From Chrysomallon squamiferum (lineage: Eukaryota; Animalia; Mollusca): 64,000 nucleotides of DNA. Position 1 is the first letter of the stretch. Each line of letters opens with the position of its first letter. Positions 52,260 to 64,000 of the stretch are shown here, in pieces. The DNA lies in contig CM022665.1 in assembly GCA_012295275.1 (NCBI GenBank), positions 30,132,001-30,196,000 of the forward strand. The letters run 5' to 3'. The notes under the pieces are model-generated. The model had not been told where the DNA came from and ran no database searches. It saw only the letters and a program-made list of their open reading frames with translations. The position numbers were made by a program, and so were the translations under genes.

Positions 52260-54986
52260 AGTTATTAGTTTTGGTCAAATGGGATTGCAGCTCAAAACTG
52301 TGCTGATAGAGTTTGGTGTTTCCAAAATTTGATAATCCACTTCCCACCACTGAGTGGGTAAATAAAGTAGGAAATGTTGTATATTATAATCCTAATACTT
52401 AAGAATTAAGTAGGTTTTAAGTGGAGAATTAAAAAAGGTATAAAATCTCAAAATGGATATTTGTTTTGCACGAGTGAAGGTGTTGCTTCATAGCATCAAA
52501 ACACATGGTGCGACTAATCCATGATTTTCACATATACCAACACAACTGGTAATTTTTACATAGTCAGTGTCTTTAAAGTGGATTTATTTTATAGTCTTAG
52601 AGTCTTCAAGTAGTAAAAAATAACAAAACTGCAGTACAGGTCCAGTGATGCTGAAATAAAAAACATTGCCTAAAGATGGTTTTATCACAAATTAGGTTCA
52701 AGTAACGTCTCATAACTCTTTAATTTAACACAGTTACTTTTTCTTTTTCTTCTTTTTTAAACTTTTTTTTTTTACTCTTTGGAAATAAAGGACATATAAA
52801 AGACATATATATTCTTGTAAAAGACATATATATTCTTTAAGAATTTGTATTTTATCCAATCAAACAGTTGAGATTCTACTAAAGGTTATTGTACACTCAC
52901 TCTGCTGCTTTCCATTTCAACAAATACAAATAAAAAATTCCTTGTTTGTGTAAAAATAATCCAATGAACCAGTACATGACCTTTGTCAAATCATTCTTAC
53001 AAAATCTTATAAAATCAAATATTACTAGGTTAAATTGTTTAATACAGATAGACTGATCTTTGTATTTGTTTCTAATTAGTGAACAAAGAACAGCAAAATA
53101 AAAGAAAAATTAAAAAATTAATTAAGAATCCATATTTTTATAACTGAGACTTGGATGCAGTAATTATTATAATTAAAAAAAAAAAAAAAAAAAAATAAGA
53201 TGAATTAATCACCATTAATTTCGTAATAAATATTTTAAATATATATATATATTTTTCATTTCATTTCTTTCTCTCATTTTTGGCAGCTGTGTATGATAAA
53301 CTGATAATATGTTTCAATTCAGTTTTCATTAAATAAATATTAAAACAATACATTTCAAAAAAAAAAAATAATAATGATAACAATAATAATAATTATTGTT
53401 TCTGTTACTCATAAAATTGTATGTCAACAAATAGCTCAGTGCTTCATTTAATTATTGACTGAGTGCACAAACTTGTACAAGTTTCATTGTTCACTGAAAT
53501 TTGTCCAAGCCTGTTAAATTCTGCTCTATAATAGTTGTTTTATACATTAAAAAGAAAAAAAAAAAAAAAAAAAAAAAAATGTCTGTAACAAAACTTAGAA
53601 ATTGTGTTTATATAATTGTCAATTTGTATCAGTTTACTGCTGGAAGCATATACAAGGTTTCGTTTTCATTAAGTGTGTACCAGGTTGATTTCCACTAGCA
53701 CCTGACTAGTTTTAACTGTTAACTATCTCCACACAGTTCATTAACAGTTTGATGAAGCATTCCTAAGGAACACACATCACAAACTGATTTTAAGAGATTT
53801 TTTTTATTTAATTACCAAAGCTTAGATAATATTGATAACTAATATAGATGATGTGATTAATAATATTAGTGTTTTTTTTTTTTTTTTAATTTAAAGATAT
53901 CTGAAATTTATTTATGTATTTAATTAATTAACTAAATTATAATTGTTTTTTTTCTTCAAGAAATATGTTTATGAATTGGATAAGGTATATAATAGTATTT
54001 TGGTCACAAGGTCAGTTTTCTTCATTGCTGCTATTGAGTAATTTCCTATTCTAGCTAGAATCTCTTTTATTAAAGGCAAAAGATAAGTGCTTTCCTGTCA
54101 GTCTGAAGGTACATATAAAAGATAATTTTGCTACTGATTGCAAAAGAGTGGCAGTATATTCCTGTTCCTGCATGGTCTCATAGATATGGTGCTGTATAAC
54201 CATATATTAAAGTGTGTTATTTAATAAAATATTTATTCCATTTCCTAATAGAATTTTGTTCTATAATTGACAGTATTCAGTAAAGAGTTCAGAATTGTGT
54301 GGTATTGATATTTTGTAATTATAATAATTAATGAAATTAACTTGAAGAAAATACACTGATCATTAAATGTAACCTTGTTACCATTCATAAAAATGTTTCT
54401 TTATTAGCTAACTGCTATGGTCTGTCTTCAAAGTAAATCTTTCATTTGCTATAGAAAATTAAAATTGGCTAATAAACTAAAAACATGCTCTTGATCAGAA
54501 TAATGTTCTGCAGGGTTACATTGCTTTGTCCTGTTTTAACATAAAAACATGAAGTAAAGAACTGGTATAAATTTTGATTTGATATCTCTGATTTTTTGTC
54601 AATAAACATCTACTTGAAAAATTCCTATCATATGAATATTAGAAAGTTAACTGAAAAACACATTTTATTAAAGTAATCTGTTTTCCTTTCAGAACATGGA
54701 CATAAATTAAGTGAAGTTATAAGATTATCAAATTATTTTTCACAAAGCATCTATGTAAAAGAATGTCACTCAGTATAGGAAAATACATATCAATATTCAT
54801 TGTTTATATATTCTGTTCTTAAATGTTTTAATTAAATTAACTATGTTCTGCCTGTCTTACAGATGAATGATTATCCTATAGGTCACTGTGATGGCAGCAT
54901 TTACTACATCACTGTGAACATACCTGATGTTAACTGTGACAGGTGTTTTCTGAAACTTACCTATGTATCAATTGACACAGCTACAG
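36565..54986 (+). CDS. Secreted histidine-brace / LPMO-like protein, 4 exons found, 3'-incomplete
   Basis: join(36565-36675, 37994-38117, 50747-50865, 54863-54986) is an open frame with GT-AG introns in phases 0, 1, 0: MRLCLVVFISVTWSFVDG/HARFVCPRPQSPRSDIYVQLPEHPLDGQCGLGSTISFDSEYMEVSPGPFTLKFEETVIHKDSPFQISLHHFDDVSNTSTKCILLDHIPHNNNATVSKGCKMNDYPIGHCDGSIYYITVNIPDVNCDRCFLKLTYVSIDTAT. Confidence 0.8.
37338..37608 (-). mobile_element. MITE copy 2 (internally deleted, inverted relative to copy 1)
   Basis: TIRs CATGGCCATAATTA ... TAGTTATGGCCATG (13/14 match). The internal sequence aligns with the reverse complement of ~22360-22590. Inserted in a TA-rich tract. Confidence 0.85.
37994..38117 (+). CDS. 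His-brace protein exon 2 (CG motif, PG motif, second His)
   Basis: TTTTAG|CTT...AAAG|GTCTGT; encodes LPEHPLDGQCG...VSPGPFTLKFEETVIHK; phase 0-1. Confidence 0.82.
41151..41246. other. 96-nt near-perfect inverted repeat / hairpin
   Basis: 36-nt arms (41151-41186, 41211-41246) with a single mismatch and a 24-nt loop. Confidence 0.85.
44835..45060. repeat. Diverged AT-rich tandem duplication (~135-bp period)
   Basis: AATTTCTTGCATAAGTGATAA occurs twice (near 44895 and 45029) with similar upstream context. Confidence 0.65.
50250..50332. repeat. Compound (GT)n(AT)n(GA)n microsatellite
   Basis: Directly visible. Confidence 0.9.
50747..50865 (+). CDS. His-brace protein exon 3
   Basis: TCTTTCAG|AT TCA...TGT AAG|GTTTGT; encodes (D)SPFQISLHHFDDVSNTSTKCILLDHIPHNNNATVSKGCK; phase 1-0 bridges exons 2 and 4. 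Confidence 0.8.
54130..54245 (+). mobile_element. Degenerate SINE 3' tail fragment
   Basis: GCTACTGATTGCAAAAGAGTGGC...TATAACCATATATTAAAGTGTGTTATTTAATAAAATATTTATTCCATTTCC resembles the 3' end of a gastropod SINE as I recall it (not database-checked). Related remnants lie near 17690-17790, 32040-32160 and 63640-63860. Confidence 0.45.
54863..54986 (+). CDS. His-brace protein exon 4 (PxxxCxxCxL motif)
   Basis: TCTTACAG|ATG...ACAG|GTATGT; encodes MNDYPIGHCDGSIYYITVNIPDVNCDRCFLKLTYVSIDTAT; phase 0-1. Confidence 0.85.
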
Positions 54987-55087
54987 GTATGTATAACTTT
55001 GCTTTCTACTCATTCCATTCCATTATTATTATTTTTTTTTATAGTTGTAATATTTAAAGAATTATAATGTATGTCATACATATCTAT

Positions 55088-55191
55088 TTACCTTTATCAA
55101 TTGATACAGTACAGGTATGTGTAACTTTAATTTATTTTTTTCTCATTCTATTATTATTCTTATTATTTTTATATAGTGGTAATATTTAAGA
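55088..55191 (+). repeat. Diverged tandem copy of the exon-4 3' end, donor site and intron start (original ~54957-55060)
   Basis: TTACCTTTATCAATTGATACAGTACAG|GTATGTGTAACTTT versus TTACCTATGTATCAATTGACACAGCTACAG|GTATGTATAACTTT. Confidence 0.85.
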
Positions 55192-58118
55192 GGTCTAATG
55201 CACATTCTCTTTGTGTATTCAGAGGATGTCCTGCAGATTATTAAAGCTGATTTTTATGTGAATTGTCTTGTAACTGTGACAAGATTAAAATCTGTGTATG
55301 TAACATAAGACACTGAGATTCAGTTTCATTTAAATTGATGAAATTAAAAAAAAAAAAACATTTGAATAAGGGTGATATTTTTATCCTTTTAAAGAAAGTA
55401 AACTAAATGCTGATAACTAGATTGGTCTGTTAAATAGTCTTATTCTTCTGATGTCACCCTTTAAGATTTTTTCTTCTGAGGATTAGTAAAAGACTTCAGT
55501 TACAAATTCCTGTTCATGACTTAGACATACTCAAAGTCACAGAGGTCATCAAACTTATAATACCAGCATATTGACCAATACTTGATGCCATCTGAAAAAC
55601 TATCTCAACATTTTCAGACAGCAAATAAGGCTCAAATGCAGTTGATGCAAGTAAAAAAAAGTTCAGACAATTTTCTTTCACTCATAAAAAATAGTGTATC
55701 AGTGTATTAAGCAGTTTCCATGCAATAAATCCACTTAAACTTTGACAGACTTTGTTAGACATGTTGTGTACTTAATAATAAGTTGTTACACCCCTTTCTT
55801 AAATCTGATAATCAGAACTGTAATTAAAATCAGTATGCATGTATCAGAACAATTTTTTGGGAGTAAAATATTCAAACAGGTTTAATTAAAAGGTTTTTTT
55901 TCAGTTAAACCAGAATTAAGAGAAAACTGGCTTACAGAATGTAATAATTTGTGTCTGTTAAATACAGTTTAATTCTTTACTTTGCATTATTTATTTTATT
56001 TTGTAAATATAATGGAAATGTCAAGAAATCTCTGTTACTTCTGAACCTATGCAGGCAGATAAATGGTCTTGTACATGTACTTCACTTTATTGAAAAGTTC
56101 TAAAAATCTTAACGTTTATGCCATTCAGTTATTAGCCTAAGCTGTTATTTCATTCTTACAGTTATTATATTCATATAAACCTTTTAAGCATTTAGAACCA
56201 GTGTGGTCAGACATATAGAATATATTGTTTAAGATGCTGTTGTTGAACATTTTGAAGTCTGTTTGAGGCTATTCATGGGTACAGTTAAATGTGACTGACA
56301 TGGATTAGACCATTCATATACTAATGGGTCTTATCAACATCTACCACTACACGATCCACAGTCATTTGTTATTTATTTTAGGATTAGACTAAACTCAGCC
56401 CTTTTGTTAGCAGCTATGAATGAAAGAGAATAATATCAATTACAGAGCAAAAATGAAAGAATAGAAATAGAAAATGCTTCTTCATAACCTTTTCCATCAC
56501 AACACTGATGGACAATGCTAAGATCACTTCAGACATTTCAGGTTTTGACAGAATAATTTAATGAAATAGTGACAGCATTAAATTGGCTAGCGATGGCTTT
56601 CAATGAAAGTCATTTAGCAGTGAATCCATAAAAGACAGTTGAAATATTTCCTCAGAGATGAAAAGTGAAGTTTTTATTGATTCTGACACAGAGCCTCATG
56701 AACTTAGGTTCAAAATAAAAATGTTTTTTCATTTGTTTACTTCAGGTTTGGTAGTTCAAGTAAATGAAATGAGGCTTTTCTTCAAATTACTATGTGTCTT
56801 ATAAAACAACAGCTTTTCAAAGTCTGGGAACCTGCAGGATCAGTTGTCCTCTGTCCTCTTTTCCCATTTCAACCAGTGTCCCAAGACTGTTTTGTTTGTG
56901 TCTATAAATTATAATGTGAACTTTTCTGTTGGAAAATATTTTTAAAATATCTCTTGTAAATTACTTAATGATGAAACTGGGCTTTTTCTTTTGAATCGAT
57001 ACCTGTCTTGTATGTATATATTATACACACACACACACACACATATATAATGTGTGTGTGTGTGTGTGTGTGTGTTTGTATGTGTGAATGTGTGTATATA
57101 TATATATATATATACACATGCAGATGTACATACATATCTACATATATCTGCATGTGTGTATGTGTGCACATATTTATATATAAATAATTTATTATAACAA
57201 ATATATGTTAATTTTACAAATTAACAGTCAGAAATAAATATTTACTTTATACATGGCAAGATGTAAAAATTAAAACATTGTTTATGTTTTTTATTTATTA
57301 TTATTATTATTATTTTTTATATTGCATAGGAATTTATATACTAATTTTGTTAATACATGAAATATTAAAATAGAGACAAGGAAGAAGAAATTGGATGCAT
57401 CACCTGCAGAAAACAGACATTGCAAATCAAATTAGTCGTCAGATCTAAGTTATTTTTACAGTCTTTTTAAGTTTTTTTATTTTTTAATGGTAAATTGGAT
57501 TATTTTTTTATTATTTAATAATACTGTCATTTCAATACTGACATTTGACCTTCATTATTAACACGAAAATAAATTATATATTATCATATTATATTAAATT
57601 AAATTATCAGATATTGCCACAAATCATTTATTACATATCACTTGTCTTAGAAATAATAGTAGATACAGCTGACTTTTGGGTTCTTTTTACAGAAAATAAA
57701 AATTAAAAATGCTCTTAGAATGATTAAAGCAGACCATTATATGTTATATATTTTATTTATCTTTAACTTTCAGCCATACTAACCTCTTTGCTGCTGAGAC
57801 TAAGTGCACACTCTGCTTAGTTCTATTTTCTCATTTTTGGTAGTGCACCCAAATCTAATATACCATAATGTATAATATTAATCCCTGTGAATTTTGAACA
57901 CTAACATGTGCATAAGAATACAAATAATTATTAAAAATTCTTAGAAATCTGAGCAGAACTTGAATACTATAATTGCTTACATTTGGTATCTGACATTTCG
58001 AACATTTATAAAAAAACATTGTGTATTGTTATCTAATGGCTATGGTAGAAGTAGATGATACCCAGACATCATCATACTGAACCAATGTGATAACCAGAGG
58101 TTTTGTTTGCTGACCACT

Positions 58119-58121
<3 letters not shown>

Positions 58122-58166
<45 letters not shown>
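58122..58166. repeat. (CA)n microsatellite
   Basis: Perfect run. Confidence 0.95.
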
Positions 58167-58168
<2 letters not shown>

Positions 58169-59263
58169 TTTATTTCTGACTGTTAATTTGAGAGAGAGAG
58201 AGTTACAAGGTTTCTATAAAAACAATGCTATGTTTACAGCTAAAACATCCCAGTCTCAGACTCCAGTTTGTCTTTGAACTTAACGTTTCAATGTCAGTTT
58301 CAGATTGCATTGTGGGTTCTGCTAACTGTCTGAATTTTGCTTTTATTCCTCTGAGATTTCTTTATGTCCATGTTTATCATGGATTAACAGTGAACATTTT
58401 TCAATACATGTCACAGATTCTGCTTTCTGTTAGTGATAGCAGCCATTTCTCAGAATGGATTGGTAATGATTATGTTAAATTGCAGAAATGTAAATTTAAC
58501 TTACACATTTCTTTCTTCATTCAGATCATTATCTCTTTATCAGGTTCAACAGGTACCTTTTTCTTTTCTTTTTTTTAAAATTCATTTTAATGCTGTCTTT
58601 GAAAATGATAATTTCTGGATTTGTTTGTATAAAATAAATAATATAAAAGATTCTTTAAAAATGTAATAACAATAACAAAATAACAGTAACAGCAAAACAA
58701 CCTCAACAAAATAATTAGTATTGGTCTTGATCTGTTTCACACGTAATAGTCAAGTCCTTTACACTGACTTATTTTGTTTATACCAGATTTTCTTATTAAC
58801 TTCATTTCTGCATCAAGGTCATGTTGATGTGTAGGTGGCCAAATGTAGGAGGCTTACGTAAATACTGAATAAAAGCAATTTGATAATAAAGATGATCCAA
58901 TGGAACTGTGATAGAAATTCATTATCATGTAATTGCTTAATTCATAATAAGACATGGGATTATTTTATTAATTATAATGACAATACGAAAGTCACAAATT
59001 ATTCTTTGTGTTAAATACCATGACATTCAGAGTCTGTGAAACAGAATGTTTTATTCTTTGTATTATTTACCACGACAGCACCAAATTTACAATGGATTAT
59101 ATTATCAAAATGAAAAAACTATTTGAATGATAAACTAATGTGTTTAGATTAAAAGTAGAAAAAAAAACAACCATGTGTTTAGACTCAGTGAAATACTGTA
59201 GGAATAGATTAGGTTAGGTAAAATGGGCAGTACTGGCAGATACTGTAGGAATAAGCCTGTCAT

Positions 59264-59611
59264 TAAAGTCAGAATGTGTATTATATCAGCTTAGAAATAG
59301 GCATGTGACTAAAGTCAGAATGTGTATTAGATCAGCTTAGAAATAGGCAGGATTTCTGTAGTCAGAATGTTTAGTAGATCAGCTTAGGATTAGGTATGTG
59401 ACTAGAGTTAGAATGTATAGTAGTTCAGCTTAGGATTAGGCATGTGACTAGAGTTAGAATGTATAGTAGTTCAACTTAGGATTAGGCATGTGACTAGAGT
59501 CAGAATGTGTAGTAGATCAACTTAGAATTAGGCAGGTGACTATAGTCAGAATATTTAGTAGATCAGCTTAGGGACAGGCATGTGACCAGAGTCAGAATGT
59601 GCAGTAGATCA
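59264..59611. repeat. Minisatellite, ~7.5 copies of a 46-bp unit
   Basis: Consensus TAGAGTCAGAATGTGTAGTAGATCAGCTTAGGATTAGGCATGTGAC. Confidence 0.93.
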
Positions 59612-62600
59612 CTATCAGAATAAGCCTATGATAAGGATACGGTTGAATGAATTGAGTAGATAAATTATTGTAATGGTCTACTGGATTCTTCTAAAAAGTC
59701 AAAATAAACACTGTATATTAGACCTTGAATGTTATAGATATGTAAACAAGCATGTTTATGTTGACATAAAGAAAATGAGAGTGAAAAGTTTGGTTCCAGT
59801 CACTGATCATTCTGATATTTAACAGATATATTTATGGTTATGTCTGAGCATTAATTGCTGTTTTCCCGTGACCATTACTATAAGTGCACTTAGCTTTGAT
59901 TTGGTTATCATGAATTAAAAGGCTAATGGAACATTAAATTGTGACCTACTGGATGGATATTTATAAAGAATAACACTCTAGACTTTATAATAACTGGGTA
60001 CTGGCTCTGGGCTATTTAGCATCTTAGCATACGTAATAGCCAATATATGATATCTGAAGCCCTGTTATTCTTTTATTTGTTTTGAAGCACTCATTTTTGG
60101 TAATAACAAAGCATTACAATGGAATAACAAGCCTAGGAAGATACTCAAAGCCTGGCATTTCTGGTTTTATTTTTATATTATTTTATAAGGAGAAATATTT
60201 TAAAAATCCCTACATGATCCCCTAAGTAAATCATCCCAAAGTTGCTATGACTTTTGTCTACTTCCAAGTAAATTTTAATAAACAAATATAGATATTCTAC
60301 AGTCCATAAAGTCTAATACAGTATTATACTGCTTTTCATGTAATAGTGTGTATGTGTGTATGTTTGTGTTTGTGTGTGTGTGTGATTTCTGCTTGTTGTT
60401 GTTTTCTTTGTTGTCTTTTTAGAAATAACTTTAAAAAGTATAAGCAATGTATGTTATAGTGATTTGTAATATTAAAAAACAAAGGCTTTTAATGAACTGG
60501 ATATAGACAGTCTGATCTCCAGACATTCCCTAATAATAAATAAATAAGTAAATAAATAAAATTAAAATTAATTAAAACCACTAATCTAAAAGATAAAGTT
60601 TGAAACTTCATGTAATAAAACATAACTTTTAAGGAATTCTAGCTAATATACAGCTGTATATACAAAATCAATGAACTTCAACAATTTTTTTAACAGATTT
60701 CTATTTTTTAGCCCTTTATAGATTTCTTGCAGATACATAATAGTTTTCCTGTCTGCTGATGTGGAAGATTTTATGCTCCTAAATTTAATGGAATTTTGTA
60801 AAAGTAAAACACATGACTTTTGTTACTTGTTAACTGGTCTCACCTGCTTCATTATGTTTTTTTGACCTTTCAGTGGTGACAACAAAACAATGTTTTTTTT
60901 GTGGAGTAATGAAGCTGTTACTTTGATGAATAACCACATGAAAAAATTCTTTAATGAAAGTCATTTGTGATGATTACCAGCACAACACCAGATATTGGGA
61001 AATTTCTTTTAACAAAGGCCACTTGTCTTGACATTACTGAGTGTTAGGTCACAGAGAGAATTACTAACAAAAAAACAAAACCAAAAAAAAAACCAACTAA
61101 ATTTAGTGTATAATGAAACAAAATTGATTTTTTAAAATTTATTACTTTATGTATTGAATGAATGAATGAATATTTAGCAACACTTCAGTACATTTTGTAT
61201 TAACTTATATTAAGAATGAAGGAATAAACATAATGATGATTCACCAAAATTTTGTTAGATAGCATCTTTCATACGGGTAACAACTGTCAAGGTAATAATA
61301 ATAATAAAAAAAGCTGCTGCTGTTGTTATGCATTGCATTATTCTTTAGACTGACAAGAAGGGATATTTTACATTATCCTGCAACCATTCTACATAGTGGC
61401 AAAATCGGATAACTAGACAAATTTCTATATATTTTCAAGCACTGACAAAAAATATAGCTTTTTGGATGCAGTTATAGTTACTTTGATAAATTACTTGTTA
61501 TTTACATATAAATATTGTTTAGAGTTATTTCTTTAGTGTCTAATTGCAGATTTAGATCTTAGAAGACCAGTTTGAAAAATAAATTATTGTTATTTAAGAA
61601 TTATTTTGTTTTGATGTATAGTTTTTGTAGGTGACAACAAAATCAATACACTTGAATTTACCAAGAAACAAAAACTTTTAATTTCATTTAGTTTTTATAT
61701 TACTTAGTATTGCAGAATAAAAGAAATAACTGGTTACTGTCTTTAGATACCATCTTTATCCTGCTCAAGTTGAATTTTGAGCCATGCTGCAATTAGGCTT
61801 TCTAACTGGATGAAGCTGATCTTAAGACAGTAAGCAACCAGTCATTCCCTATTTATATGACATAGATAGGAAAGCACATACCTTGGCTTTTGATAAAACA
61901 AAATGAGAAGATCTGCCCACTGCAGAGGATTGAGCCTGCAACCAGTCATGCTTCTGACTAAAGAGCCTGACTTTAATACCTAATGAGCATGTAGTTTTCA
62001 CATAAAGATGGTATACCTCCATCCTATGGTGCAAAGACAAAATAGTTTCATGTATTAAAATCTAATGAGAACTGAGAAATATTTTTAAGTAATGGTTTTT
62101 AATCAGTTGATTTAAAATCTGAGACAGAATGATAGTTATGAAATGTTAAGAAACTTGCAACAACTATAAAAAAAAAAAAAAAAAAAAAAAAATAATAATA
62201 ATAAATATAAAAAAATAAAAAATAATAATAATAATAGGCTAATAATAAAATATATATATACTAAACAAAATCTAACAGAAACACCCCCACCCACAACAAA
62301 CACAAAAAGACAACAAACCCCCCCCACTAAAAACAGAAAAAAAGACAACAAAACAAGAACCAAAAAACACCTCCAAACTACTTCACTTTCCAATACGTAG
62401 GAAGGATCATTTGACACTTGCCTTTTTGCCTGTATGCGACACTGCAATTTGATATTTACTGTATCTTCATTTTAACTTGACATTTGGTTCAACTTTAATA
62501 ATGAATCTTGACATTTGGTTCATTAGCATGTTAACCATATACATTTTGTCCTACAAGTGTTAACTTACAGCTTTGCAGTCAATATTTCTACCCTGATAAT

Positions 62601-63629
62601 AACATCTCTCTATGGAAGGAATCTTTATAGATTGTTGAAAATCTCCCTCAGACATATCTTTTTATGTTTACATTTGTGGCCATATGGTTAAAGATTGTTC
62701 TCTCTTTTAATAAATATTTATCAGGTGTCTGTTAAAACATTCTCAGACACTACTGAATTAAGTGATTGTGATTTTACCTCATGTATTCAAGACATTCTAA
62801 AAGGAATGTTTGAAAAATTAAATTAAGTCTGTACAAATTTTGATTTAACTTATAATTGTATTTGACATATAAACATATAAACTTAATTCAGTTTAATGTT
62901 TTCATATTGTATTGCCAAGTATGTTAATGATTTACTATCACTGTTATGTGTTCAATAAATTTACTTAGTCCCTCCATTTAATGGATTAAAATTTGAAATA
63001 AAATTTACTTTAAAGTCACTGTTTTTTTTATATATTCTTATGAACAGCAAATTGAGCTTGTTTTGTCATGATTGTATAGTGCCATCATTGTCAATGCTCA
63101 AAAATAAATATTGTTTTTTTATATCCAGGGAATTCGAAGATAAAATAGAGAGCATGAATGCACACACTGCCAGTGTAAACAAAATATGTGTGTACTTGAG
63201 GTGTCATCTTTTGCTAACTTCTGGAAGGGTCCGAATTTTGGTAGATTCCAGAGTATTTGTATATTTCCCAAGTATTGCCTGGATTTTCCAAAATCTGGCA
63301 AAGAGGGTTATGTTAAATGGAGTGTCAAGTGTTTGTGTGTGTGTATGTATGAATTCTTATAATAAATTTATAGTTTTTATGCCGCATTTTAAATATGTCC
63401 AGTATCAAACTTTATTTTATTGTCTTATTTTTGATTTAATAACAATAATGTGGTTGTTTTTCTTTTCTTTTTCTTTTTTGTTTGTTTTTAGCTCTGCCTT
63501 GTGGAATTGGCAACAACACTTGTAGACAGTACATCAGCTGTGCCAACATTAAAATCAGGTAAACTATACATTTTATATCTAGCAAAAAAACAAAAGATGC
63601 TTTATCTCAGATATTAAAACTCAGGCTTG

Positions 63630-63860
63630 AGACATGAATATCCACAGGATCAATCCTTCTTGGTGTATCCATTGGGCTATTTCCCATTCCAGACTGTGAT
63701 GCAGCTGGTTTATCAAAGGTTGTATTATGTGCTTTGATGTCTTTGCTTAGGTGGAAAATGTTTTTCTGTTAATTGATAAGAGTAACCCATATCTTAGAGC
63801 AGCTCATTTTCTTTTTTTATGTGATCATTATGCAAGTAAAATTTGACTGATTAACAACCA
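63630..63860 (+). mobile_element. Degenerate tRNA-derived SINE body
   Basis: B-box-like AGGATCAATCC followed by CCATTGGGCTATTTCCCATTCCAG...CTGGTTTATCAAAGG...AAGAGTAACCCAT. A related fragment TTTCCCATTTCAACCAGTGTCCCAAGACTG lies at ~56860-56890. Family assignment is from memory. Confidence 0.55.
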
Positions 63861-64000
63861 TTAATATTGTATTACCAGAATTTAAACAACACAGCATACA
63901 AGATTTCTTTAAAAATGTGCATGAAATATCTTGTTTGTTTGGGATTTTTAAATTTATTTATTGATTTTTTAGAATTTGATAAATGGAATCAAAACATAAT

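Noticed and set aside
58304-58578. Candidate exon 5 of the His-brace gene (phase-1-compatible DCIVGSANC...)
   Set aside because: Weak polypyrimidine tract, no good nearby donor, intron-like composition downstream and no recognisable terminal Y/F-x-x-C-A-D-type motif. Other phase-1 candidates near 57774, 60874, 61631 and 63129 give stops or implausible peptides.
63040-63525. 161-aa plus-strand ORF
   Set aside because: Low-complexity F/V/C-rich translation through GT and T tracts with no recognisable domain; its acceptor phase does not fit exon 4.

Overview
AT-rich, microsatellite-laden animal genomic DNA. A mollusc/gastropod origin is inferred from gene content and repeat style and is not proven. 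Three intron-containing protein-coding genes were reconstructed by reading splice sites. (1) A complete minus-strand type-A leucine-rich-repeat GPCR (glycoprotein-hormone receptor / LGR1-like) with 9 coding exons spanning 33185->4966, about 1007 aa. (2) The first coding exon of a minus-strand secreted lipocalin (1576->1457); its promoter and exon 1 sit between ~125-bp inverted repeats. (3) A plus-strand gene, head-to-head with the receptor, with 4 exons found (36565->54986, 3' part not located). It encodes a signal peptide followed directly by His1, a second His and a PxxxCxxCxL motif, which fits a histidine-brace, LPMO-like copper-protein candidate that does not look like the animal AA15 family. 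This is the most interesting item, and most of its exons are not shown as such in the ORF track. The window also holds two inverted copies of one MITE, degenerate SINE fragments, two minisatellites, two pre-miRNA-sized hairpins and a sharp CpG-depletion boundary near 37 kb. Almost all other ORFs in the track are microsatellite or low-complexity artefacts.
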